DNA from: Macrostomum lignano
Lineage: Eukaryota
Direction of reading: 5' to 3'
NCBI GenBank assembly: GCA_002269645.1
Contig: NIVC01001035.1
Location: 1-64,000, forward strand
DNA length: 64,000 nucleotides
The position numbers were made by a program, and so were the translations under genes. The first letter of the stretch is position 1. Each line of letters starts with the position of its first letter. Shown here in pieces: positions 34,101-43,936 of the stretch. Below the pieces are notes generated by a model. The model was not told where the DNA came from. It was given only the letters and a program-made list of their open reading frames with translations, and searched no databases.

Positions 34101-37100
34101 GGTTATTCGCTTTATCATGAGGCCATTGATCTCTCACTGTCACACAGCCACTCTCACTGTCACACAGTCACTCTCACTGTCACACAGCCACTCTCACTGT
34201 CACACAGCCACTCTCACTGTCACACATCCATTCTCACTGTCACACAGCCACTCTCACTGTCACACAGCCATTCTCACTGTCACACAGCCACTCTCACTGT
34301 CACACAGCCACTCTCACTATCACACAGCCACTCTCACTGTCACACAGCCACTCTCACTATCACACAGCCACTCTCACTGTCACACAGCCATTCTCACTGT
34401 CACACAGCCACTCTCACTGTCACACAGCCACTCTAAATATCACACAGTCACTCTCACTATCACGCAGCCACTCTAACTATCACACTGCCACTCTCACTGT
34501 CACACAGCCACTCTCACTATCACACAGCCATTCTCACTGTCACACAGCCACTCTCACTATCACACAGTCACTCTCACTGTCACACAGCCACTCTCACTAT
34601 CACACAGCCACTCTCACTATCACACAGCCACTCTCACTATCACACAGCCACTCTCACTATCACACAGCCACTCTCACTATCACACAGCCACTCTCACTAT
34701 CACGCAGCCACTCTCACTATCACACAGCCACTCTCACTATCACACAGCCACTTTCACTATCACACAGCCACTCTTACTGTCACAGCCACTCTCACTATCA
34801 CACAGCCACTCTCACTATCACACAGCCACTCTCACTATCACGCAGCCACTCTCACTATCACACAGCCACTTTCACTATCACACAGTCACTCTCACTGTCA
34901 CACAGCCACTCTCACTATCACACAGCCACTCTCACTATCACACAGCCACTCTCACTATCACACAGCCACTCTCACTATCACACAGCCACTTTCACTATCA
35001 CACAGTCACTCTCACTGTCACACAGCCACTCTCACTATCACACAGCCACTCTCACTATCACACAGCCACTCTCACTATCACACAGCCACTCTCACTATCA
35101 CACAGCCACTCTCACTGTCACAGGGCCTCTCTCACTATCACCCAGCCACTCACGTGTCCCAGTGTGAGCAGCAGGTTTCCCGCCTGGCGGAGCCGCAGCA
35201 CTCAGTCTCGTCGATGCTGCTGCCGGGTTCCGGGCAGGTGAACCTCCCGTCCGCAGGCGGTACGGCCGACAGATTTACCCGGTCCTCGTGGAAGCAGGTG
35301 TCTGTGCGGGACAGGTTGGTTAGGCAATAGGTAGAAGTAGAGTAGACAATGGGTAGAAGTAGAGTAGACAATTGGGTAGAAGTAGAGTAGACAATTGGGT
35401 AGAAGTAGAGTAGACAATTGGGTAGAAGTAGAGTAGACAATTGGGTAGAAGTAGAGTAGACACTTGGGTAGAAGTAGAGTAGACAATGGGTAGAAGTAGA
35501 GTAGTCAATTGGGTAGAAGTAGAATAGACAATGGGTAGAAGTAGAGTAGACAATTGGGTAGAAGTAGAGTAGACAATTGGGTAGAAGTAGAGTAGACAAT
35601 GGGTAGAAGTAGAGTAGTCAATTGGGTAGAAGTAGAATAGATAATGGGTAGAAGTAGAGTAGACAATTGGGTAGAAGTAGAGTAGACAATGGGTAGAAGT
35701 AGAGTAGACAATTGGGTAGAAGTAGAGTAGACAAAGAGGTAAAAGTAGAGTAGACAATTGGGTAGAAGTAGAGTAGACAATTGGGTAGAAGTAGAGTAGG
35801 CAATGGGTAGAAGTAGAGTAGACAATGGGTAGAAGTAGAGTAGACAATGGGTAGAAGTAGAGTAGACAATGGGTAGAAGTAGAGTAGAAGTAGAAGTAGA
35901 GTAGAGGAGGACTTCCTGGAGAGACAGGACATGGTGTCGGCCAACACCAGATTCCGCAAGTCACCGGGCAGGCTCGCGACCTTCGTGGGCTGCAAGCGGA
36001 GGCGGCGGAACGCGCGCGGCCGGAACGCTACGCGGAGGCTGGCACAGCTCGACCACGTGCTTGTGCGCTTTCGTGAGCGCCGCCGCGTCACCAACTGCCA
36101 CACCATTACGCCGCTGGCTCTGCGGTCCGACCATCGGCTGCTCATCTGCGACCTTCGGCTTCGGGACCCGCTCTACCGTCCGCCAAAGCGGCCACCGCGG
36201 CGCTACTACCGCGCGCTCAGGGACGCCGAGACGCGACGTCGCTTTGCCGGTGCCTTTGTCACTGCGCTGGGCGACAAGCGTGGAGGAGCCGAGTACGCGG
36301 AGGTGAGCGCTGCAGTTCGAGCCGCTGCGGAGCAAGCAGTCCCGCTGATGCGACCGGCCCAGCGCGGGCAGCCGGTCTGGCAGGACGACCCCGCGATCGA
36401 CGAAGCGACGGAAGATCTGGAGAGGCTCCGACTGAGTGGGCGGCCAACTCGCGAGGCGGAGGAGGCTCTGGCGGCTGTCTACCTGCAGCGGCAGCAGTCC
36501 GCTGTCGATGACGCCATCCAAGCCGTCTCTGCCGCAGGGCCCGATGCCAGAGGGCGCGTGGCCTGGTCCGCCATCAACACTCTGACGGGGCGAAAGCGGC
36601 GCATCGCGCTCAACCTGGCAGGCGACACTCCGGATGAGCGCAGGAACGAGCTGCGCGAGTTCTTCGCCGCCATTGTCAACGCGCCGCCCCCTCCGCTTCC
36701 AGAAAATCTGAGGCTGCCGCCGGAGACGCCGTTGCCGGCGGAGGAGAGCTTCAATGTTGCCCCAGTCAGCACAGCCGACGTTGTGAAGTTCGCTCGGCAG
36801 TCGCCGGGCGGCAAAGCGCTTGGTCCGGACGAGGTGCCCACCGAGGCGCTGCGGATCCACTGCGTGGCCACTGAGGTCGCCAGAGTGATGAACCGCGTGC
36901 TTTTCGGTGAGGTGGCGCCAAATGAATGGACCACGGCGCACATCGTCGCCATTCCAAAGAAGCCGGGCACCACCAAGCTCGAGGAGCATCGAGGCATCTG
37001 CCTACAGTCCTGCGCCGCGAAGCTGTTCAACCGCATGCTGCTATCGCGGTTACAGCCTGTGCTGGACCCGTACCTGCGACCTGAGCAGAACGGATTCCGG

Positions 37101-40100
37101 CCCCATCGCGGCACAGTGACGCAGATCCTGGCTCTTCGACGAGTCATCGAGGAGGCGCGCATCCGCCAGTTGACCCTGATCCTGATCTTCGTCGATTTCA
37201 GGAAGGCTTTCGACTCGGTCGTGAGGGACGCGCTCCCAGAGGTGCTCCGTGCGTACAACGTGCCAGAGCTGCTGATTTCTGCTGTCATGGCGCTGTACCA
37301 CGGCACGACGGCTGCTGTCTCAACACCGGACGGCCTATCGGATTTCTTCGAGACATCCTCCGGGGTGCTCCAGGGAGATACGCTAGCGCCGTTCCTATTT
37401 ATTCTGGTGCTTGACTGGGTGCTACGGACTGCTCTGCCTTCCAACGACGACGGCTTCCTGCTGCGGCGACGCGTGGGTCGACGCCAACCGGAGAGACGGC
37501 TCAGCGTGCTTGGCTACGCCGATGACCTCGCCCTGCTGTCCTCGACCGTCGAGGGCGCCCAACGACAGCTGGATAGGCTGGTTGCCGTTGCGGCGAGCGT
37601 CGGCCTGGTGGTCAACACGCAGAAGACCGTCGTGCTATGCGTGCCGGACGACACCGAGGCTGGAATCTTCTGCCGAGGCGCTGACGGACAGGCGAGTGAG
37701 CTTCCAAGATGTCAGCAGTTCGTCTACCTCGGCGGTCTGGTTCCCGACGTTCGCGAGGATCTGCGGCGTCGCCGAGGACTTGCTTGGGCTGCCTTTCGTT
37801 CTATAAGGTCAGTCCTGCAGTCCGAGGCCCTACCGGACCGCCAGAGGGCGGCGCTGTTCCAGGCGGTGATCGAGACCGTCCTGTTATACAACGCCGAGAC
37901 CTGGACGCTGACAGACTCGCTCGAGGCTCAAGTCGACGCGGCGCACGCTGGCCTGCTGCGCGCCGCCTTCAAGATCGGCAACGAGCGAGTCACCAACACG
38001 GCGCTCTATCATCGCGCCGGCCTGGCCCGTCCTAGCGATCTGCTGCGCCGTCGGCGACTCCAGCTGGCAGGCCACGTCATCCGCGCCGAGGCCTACTGTC
38101 CGGAGCCGGTGCAGGAGGTGCTGCTACTTACGTTGCAGGCACCCTACCGGCGGGGACAGGCGAAGACTCGGCGCTACGTCGACTGTCTGCTGGCTGACGC
38201 CGGCGCCCCGGACTCTGCCGGCGGTGCGGCTTTTGTTCGCGCCCAAGCTTTGAAGCGCGCCATCTGACGCTGCTTTTGTGAACTGGCAGCGTACTCTGTT
38301 GTTGTTGTTGTTGTTAGAGTAGACAATGGGGTAGAAATAGAGTACACAGTGGGTACTCGAATTTAGTTGTTGAGAAGAGTGGCAGAGTAGAGAACAAAAG
38401 AGGTAAAGAGCTCACTGGCAGTTTTTCAGAGAAAAGTTGAACTGCGAGCTGCTTTGTCAAGGCCAGTTTTTTCACAAAAAGCATTTGTTAAGTCTATCAA
38501 AAATGCTTTTTGAGAGGATGGAATGACGAGATTGTAAATAATGCAGATGATTTACTGGAATTTCTCACTCCAGTGCTAGCCAGCAGCAGTCTGGCCCAGC
38601 TTCTAGGACAGTTGACACTTTTAATAGTAAAATTAGTCAAGTTTATTGCGCCATTATTGTGGGAAATTTCAGTTGTTTTGTAGCTTGTCTTAGCTAGCTC
38701 AGATAGATAGGATCGCTATTTATCTGGTTACTCGTCTACTCATCTAGCTACTCATCTACTCATCTAGCTACTCATCTACTCATCTAGCTACTCATCTACT
38801 CATCTAGCGTCTCATCTACTCATCTAGCTACTCATCCACTCATCTAGCGTCTCATCTACTCATCTACTCATCTAGCTACTCATCCACTCATCTAGCTACT
38901 CATCTACTCATCTAGCTACTTATCTACTCATCTAGCTACCCATCTATTATCAAAAGTACAGATTTTCAGTGAGAGTAAAAAATAGGCTGCATGCTTGAGA
39001 AATGCAATGCAATAAATAGATCAGAGTAAGTGTGCTTGCTGCATAACAGAACAGTAATGCACCTCACTAGGGAACTCACTCGCTAACAAGCCAAATCACC
39101 CCATCACCTGTCTACCTGCCTTGCCTTCCCAGTCTCTCTCTTGTGCTGACGCTAATCCAGAAAAGGGATTATAATTTACAATACCTGTAGCATTACTGTA
39201 ACATATAGTTCCCCAATTATATGAGAGGCACGTTAAGAGGACTTCAACCAGTGCCAACAGAGCTTTGATAAACCTGTCCAAGCCCCAATCTCCAGTCAGT
39301 CAGTCAGTCAGTCAGTCAGTCAGTCAGTCAGTCAGTCAGTCAGTCAGTCAGTCAGTCAGTCAGTCAGTCAGTCAGTCAGTCAGTCAGTCAGTCAGTCAGT
39401 CAGTCAGTCAGTCAGTCAGTCAGTCAGTCAGTCAGTCAGTCAGTCAGTCAGTCAGTCAGTCAGTCAGTCAGTCAGTCAGTCAGTCAGTCAGTCAGTCAGT
39501 CAGTCAGTCAGTCAGTCAGTCAGTCAGTCAGTCAGTCAGTCAGTCAGTCAGTCAGTCAGTCAGTCAGTCAGTCAGTCAGTCAGTCAGTCAGTCAGTCAGT
39601 CAGTCAGTCAGTCAGTCAGTCAGTCAGTCAGTCAGTCAGTCAGTCAGTCAGTCAGTCAGTCAGTCAGTCAGTCAGTCAGTCAGTCAGTCAGTCAGTCAGT
39701 CAGTCAGTCAGTCAGTCAGTCAGTCAGTCAGTCAGTCAGTCAGTCAGTCAGTCAGTCAGTCAGTCAGTCAGTCAGTCAGTCAGTCAGTCAGTCAGTCAGT
39801 CAGTCAGTCAGTCAGTCAGTCAGTCAGTCAGTCAGTCAGTCAGTCAGTCAGTCAGTCAGTCAGTCAGTCAGTCAGTCAGTCAGTCAGTCAGTCAGTCAGT
39901 CAGTCAGTCAGTCAGTCAGTCAGTCAGTCAGTCAGTCAGTCAGTCAGTCAGTCAGTCAGTCAGTTAGTCAGTCAGTTAGTCAGTCAGTCAGTCAGTCAGT
40001 CAGTCAGTCAGTCAGTCAGTCAGTCAGTCAGTCAGTCAGTCAGTCAGTCAGTCAGTCAGTCAGTCAGTCAGTCAGTCAGTCAGTCAGTCAGTCAGTCAGT

Positions 40101-40513
40101 CAGTCAGTCAGTCAGTCAGTCAGTCAGTCAGTCAGTCAGTCAGTCAGTCAGTCAGTCAGTCAGTCAGTCAGTCAGTCAGTCAGTCAGTCAGTCAGTCAGT
40201 CAGTCAGTCAGTCAGTCAGTCAGTCAGTCAGTCAGTCAGTCAGTCAGTCAGTCAGGCAGGCAGTCAGGCAGTCAGTCAGTCAGTCAGTCAGTCAGTCAGG
40301 CAGTCAGGCAGTCAGTCAGTCAGTCAGTCAGTCAGTCAGTCAGTCAGTCAGGCAGTCAGGCAGTCAGTCAGTCAGTCAGTCAGTCAGTCAGTCAGTCAGT
40401 GATCACTCACGATTGTCAGCAGGGCTGTCAGCAGTGGCAGGTGCAGCTTCAGCGGTAGTCAAGTGGCCACAGATCCTGTGTAATATGAACAAAAACCACA
40501 AAAGATGCAACAT
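30967..40513 (-). CDS. Shisa-like type I membrane protein; complement(join(30967..31541,32031..32303,33898..34097,35154..35301,40411..40513)), 432 aa
   Basis: Signal peptide MLHLLWFLFILHRICG, Cys motif C..F.CP...ECCG...TCC, TM WAIGIGITVAIVIFMALGYTI, then a cytoplasmic tail with Q16. Phases match at all introns only if the AAG acceptor at 34097 is used rather than CAG at 34090. Confidence 0.7.
31558..31995. repeat. 21-bp minisatellite (GGGTGAGATTTTGGTGGCTTT), intronic
   Basis: Read directly. Confidence 0.93.
32305..32695. repeat. ~21-22-bp repeat (GAGAGTGACAGGGGTGATGGG), intronic
   Basis: Read directly; runs into the acceptor site. Confidence 0.88.
33372..33882. repeat. 12-bp repeat (GAGCTACTGTCT), intronic
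   Basis: About 40 copies. Confidence 0.95.
34128..35150. repeat. 20-bp minisatellite (CACACAGCCACTCTCACTRT), intronic
   Basis: About 50 copies. Confidence 0.95.
35325..35905. repeat. 22/23-bp minisatellite (GGGTAGAAGTAGAGTAGACAAT[T])
   Basis: Read directly; degenerate copies resume after the LINE at ~38316. Confidence 0.93.
35906..38314 (+). mobile_element. RTE-type non-LTR retrotransposon, 5'-truncated inside the APE endonuclease, (TGT)n tail
   Basis: Open ORF 35931..38267; short 3' UTR; (TGT)6 tail; probable 9-bp TSD TAGAGTAGA at 35897-35905 and 38315-38323. Confidence 0.9.
35931..38267 (+). CDS. LINE endonuclease (C-terminal part) plus reverse transcriptase, 778 aa
   Basis: APE tail LDHVL..SDHR; RT motifs IPKKP, EQNGFR, FVDFRKAFDSV, GVLQGDTLAPFLF, YADD, FVYLG; the frame stays open upstream to 35907 (EDFLERQD). 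Confidence 0.93.
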   Translation: MVSANTRFRKSPGRLATFVGCKRRRRNARGRNATRRLAQLDHVLVRFRERRRVTNCHTITPLALRSDHRLLICDLRLRDPLYRPPKRPPRRYYRALRDAETRRRFAGAFVTALGDKRGGAEYAEVSAAVRAAAEQAVPLMRPAQRGQPVWQDDPAIDEATEDLERLRLSGRPTREAEEALAAVYLQRQQSAVDDAIQAVSAAGPDARGRVAWSAINTLTGRKRRIALNLAGDTPDERRNELREFFAAIVNAPPPPLPENLRLPPETPLPAEESFNVAPVSTADVVKFARQSPGGKALGPDEVPTEALRIHCVATEVARVMNRVLFGEVAPNEWTTAHIVAIPKKPGTTKLEEHRGICLQSCAAKLFNRMLLSRLQPVLDPYLRPEQNGFRPHRGTVTQILALRRVIEEARIRQLTLILIFVDFRKAFDSVVRDALPEVLRAYNVPELLISAVMALYHGTTAAVSTPDGLSDFFETSSGVLQGDTLAPFLFILVLDWVLRTALPSNDDGFLLRRRVGRRQPERRLSVLGYADDLALLSSTVEGAQRQLDRLVAVAASVGLVVNTQKTVVLCVPDDTEAGIFCRGADGQASELPRCQQFVYLGGLVPDVREDLRRRRGLAWAAFRSIRSVLQSEALPDRQRAALFQAVIETVLLYNAETWTLTDSLEAQVDAAHAGLLRAAFKIGNERVTNTALYHRAGLARPSDLLRRRRLQLAGHVIRAEAYCPEPVQEVLLLTLQAPYRRGQAKTRRYVDCLLADAGAPDSAGGAAFVRAQALKRAI
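38745..38950. repeat. 20-bp repeat (CTCATCTAGCTACTCATCTA)
   Basis: Read directly. Confidence 0.88.
39294..40400. repeat. (CAGT)n microsatellite, ~1.1 kb
   Basis: Perfect for ~670 bp, with few variants afterwards. Confidence 0.98.
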
Positions 40514-40894
40514 TTTGCTTCCTAATTTCACAGAAGATGCTTGGAGTGAATCCTGGTCTCTGTCTGTCTATAAGAGTTGAATATTTGTAGCAGAAGGAAA
40601 AAGCAGCGCTTAAAATTACTGAGCAGGGCTGGCACCGGGGATGAGCAGCTTCGGATCAGAGCGTTGGGCAACAGTGGGCCAATAGAAAGCGGCGTACAGG
40701 TGTTGAAAACGCAGACTCTCTTCCTCATCTCTACGAGTATCCCTGCCCCTCTTTCGGCTCAGACCTAATTTGGATTTTGAACAGGGAACAGGAATCAGGT
40801 AAAATTGCATTTTTTAGTCATTCCATTCCGCATTGTATGGAGGGTAGAGTCTGTTCTTTTGTCTCTATTCTCTTGTATAGCCCACTATTCAGTC

Positions 40895-42700
40895 TCTAGT
40901 CCATCTCACTCTCTAGTCTCTAGCCTCTAGTCTCTAGTCTCTAGTCTCTAGTCTCTAGTCTCTAGTTCTCTAGTCCATCTCACTCTCTAGTCTCTAGTCT
41001 CCAGTCTCTAGCCTCTAGTCTATTCTCTAGTTCATCTCACTCTCTAGTCTCTAGCCTCTAGTCTATTCTCTAGTTCATCTCACTCTCTAGTCTCTAGCCT
41101 CTAGTCTCTAGTCTTTAGTTCTCTAGTCCATCTCACTCTCTAGTCTCTAGTCTCTAGCCTCTAGTCTCTAGTTCTCTAGTTCATCTCACTCTCTAGTCTC
41201 TAGTCTCTAGCCTCTAGTCTCTAGTTCTCTAGTCCATCTCACTCTCTAGTCTCTAGTCTCCAGTCTCTAGCCTCTAGTCTATTCTCTAGTTCATCTCACT
41301 CTCTAGTCTCTAGCCTCTAGTCTATTCTCTAGTTCATCTCACTCTCTAGTCTCTAGCCTCTAGTCTATTCTCTAGTTCATCTCACTCTCTAGTCTCTAGT
41401 CTCCAGTCTCTAGTCTCTTGTATAGCCCACTATTCAGTCTCCAGTCCATCTCACTCTCTAGTCTCTAGTCTCTAGTCTCTAGTTCTCTAGTTCATCTCAC
41501 TCTCTAGTCTCTAGCCTCTAGTCTCTAGTCTCTAGTTCTCTAGTTCATCTCACTCTCTAGTCTCTAGCCTCTAGTCTCTAGTCTCTAGTTCTCTAGTCCA
41601 TCTCACTCTCTAGTCTCTAGTCTCTAGTCTCTAGCCTCTAGTCTCTAGTTCTCTAGTCCATCTCACTCTCTAGTCTCCAGTCTCTAGCCTCTAGTCTATT
41701 CTCTAGTTCATCTCACTCTCTAGTCTCTAGCCTCTAGTCTCTAGTCTCTAGTTCTCTAGTTCATCTCACTCTCTAGTCTCTAGCCTCTAGTCTCTAGTCT
41801 CTAGTTCTCTAGTCCATCTCACTCTCTAGTCTCTAGTCTCTAGTTCTCTAGTTCATCTCACTCTCTAGTCTCTAGCCTCTAGTCTCTAGTCTCTAGTTCT
41901 CTAGTCCATCTCACTCTCTAGTCTCTAGTCTCTAGTCTCTAGCCTCTAGTCTCTAGTTCTCTAGTCCATCTCACTCTCTAGTCTCTAGTCTCTAGTCTCT
42001 AGCCTCTAGTCTCTAGTTCTCTAGTTCATCTCACTCTCCAGTCTCTAGCCTCTAGTCTCTAGTCTCTAGTTCTCTAGTCCATCTCACTCTCTAGTCTCTA
42101 GCCTCTAGTCTCTAGTCTCTAGTTCTCTAGTCCATCTCACTCTCTAGTCTCTAGTCTCTAGTCTCTAGCCTCTAGTCTCTAGTTCTCTAGTCCATCTCAC
42201 TCTCTAGTCTCTAGTCTCTAGTCTCTAGCCTCTAGTCTCTAGTTCTCTAGTTCATCTCACTCTCCAGTCTCTAGCCTCTAGTCTCTAGTCTCTAGTTCTC
42301 TAGTCCATCTCACTCTCTAGTCTCTAGCCTCTAGTCTCTAGTCTCTAGTTCTCTAGTCCATCTCACTCTCTAGTCTCTAGTCTCTAGTCTCTAGCCTCTA
42401 GTCTCTAGTTCTCTAGTCCATCTCACTCTCTAGTCTCTAGTCTCTAGTCTCTAGCCTCTAGTCTCTAGTTCTCTAGTTCATCTCACTCTCCAGTCTCTAG
42501 CCTCTAGTCTCTAGTCTCTAGTTCTCTAGTTCATCTCACTCTCTAGTCTCTAGCCTCTAGTCTCTAGTCTCTAGTTCTCTAGTTCATCTCACTCTCCAGT
42601 CTCCAGTCTCTAGTCTATCTCACTATCTAGTCTATAGTCTCTAATCTCCAGTCTATAGTTAATCTCACTCTCTATTCTCTCAATCTATCTCACTCTCTAC
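40895..42700. repeat. Composite array of TCTCTAG heptamers interspersed with CATCTCAC
   Basis: Read directly. Confidence 0.93.
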
Positions 42701-43157
42701 TTTAATCTGTCTCCAAGACTATATTCATCTTCATAATTTTGTTCTCTTGGTTTAAAGCATAATTTTTCTATTTCCCGTCAATTTGTTTCCTTTATCCCAA
42801 CACCAATTTCCCATCTGTCCGTGCCACCCAGCTGTCACAAAAATTGCCACAACAGAGATGCTCTGCTGAGCTCAAATTATCTCTGAGATGTCTATCAGCT
42901 TGGTAAAGAAAAAAAATCAATTTTTCCAAGTGCTGAGCTCAGCCATTTGTTTAATTGTATTAGCATGTAATTTTTCTACACTACGCACACTAAATGCACT
43001 TTTCGCAATGGTTATAGAAATTGCGGACAGAAAACCTGCGATACTTGTTGTAATGAATAAAAAGCATCAACATGATTCTTTGGGGAATTTTTTGTATTTG
43101 TAGGACTTCAGCAAGACTTTGGCGTAATTGACAGAGAAACTAGCTGAAATCAAAGAC

Positions 43158-43790
43158 TACTTGTCCACAATCTCTGCTTACCTGTCCACAATCTCTGCTT
43201 ACCTGTCCACAATCTCTGCTTACCTGTCCACAATCTCTCTTTACCTGTCCACAATCTCTCTTTACCTGTCCAGAATCTCTGCTTACCTGTCCACAATCTC
43301 TGCTTACCTGTCCACAATCTCTGCTTACCTGTCCACAATCTCTGCTTACCTGTCCACAATCTCTGCTTACCTGTCCACAATCTCTGCTTACCTGTCCACA
43401 ATCTCTGCTTACCTGTCCACAATCTCTCTTTACCTGTCCACAATCTCTCTTTACCTGTCCAGAATCTCTGCTTACCTGTCCACAATCTCTGCTTACCTGT
43501 CCACAATCTCTGCTTACCTGTCCACAATCTCTGCTTACCTGTCCACAATCTCTGCTTACCTGTCCACAATCTCTGCTTACCTGTCCACAATCTCTGCTTA
43601 CCTGTCCACAATCTCTGCTTACCTGTCCACAATCTCTGCTTACCTGTCCACAATCTCTGCTTACCTGTCCACAATCTCTGCTTACCTGTCCACAAGCTCA
43701 AAATAACTAGTCCACAATCTCAAATTACCTGTCCACAATCTCAAATAACCTGTCCACAAGCTCAAATAACCTGTCCACTATCTCAAATAC
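43158..43790. repeat. 21-bp minisatellite (CTTACCTGTCCACAATCTCTG)
   Basis: About 30 copies. Confidence 0.95.
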
Positions 43791-43936
43791 CGTACCTGTC
43801 GCTAAAGAAATTATCCACAGCTCACAGGCAATCAGTGCCTCAATCGGAAAAGTTCCGGTCCATCAATTACGGATAAGACGAATTTGCGTTGAAGCCTTCT
43901 TCATCCTTCGCTCGCCTCCGTTTCTGTCCCTACTGC

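Noticed and set aside
35961-37444. 342-aa and 321-aa antisense ORFs
   Set aside because: Expected stop-poor shadows of a GC-rich RT ORF
35906-38314. This LINE as the autonomous partner of the ribozyme element
   Set aside because: The tails differ (TGT versus AAG), no 3' end similarity is visible, and its 5' UTR is missing so it cannot be compared
39265-40458. 397-aa (SVSQ)n ORF
   Set aside because: (CAGT)n microsatellite
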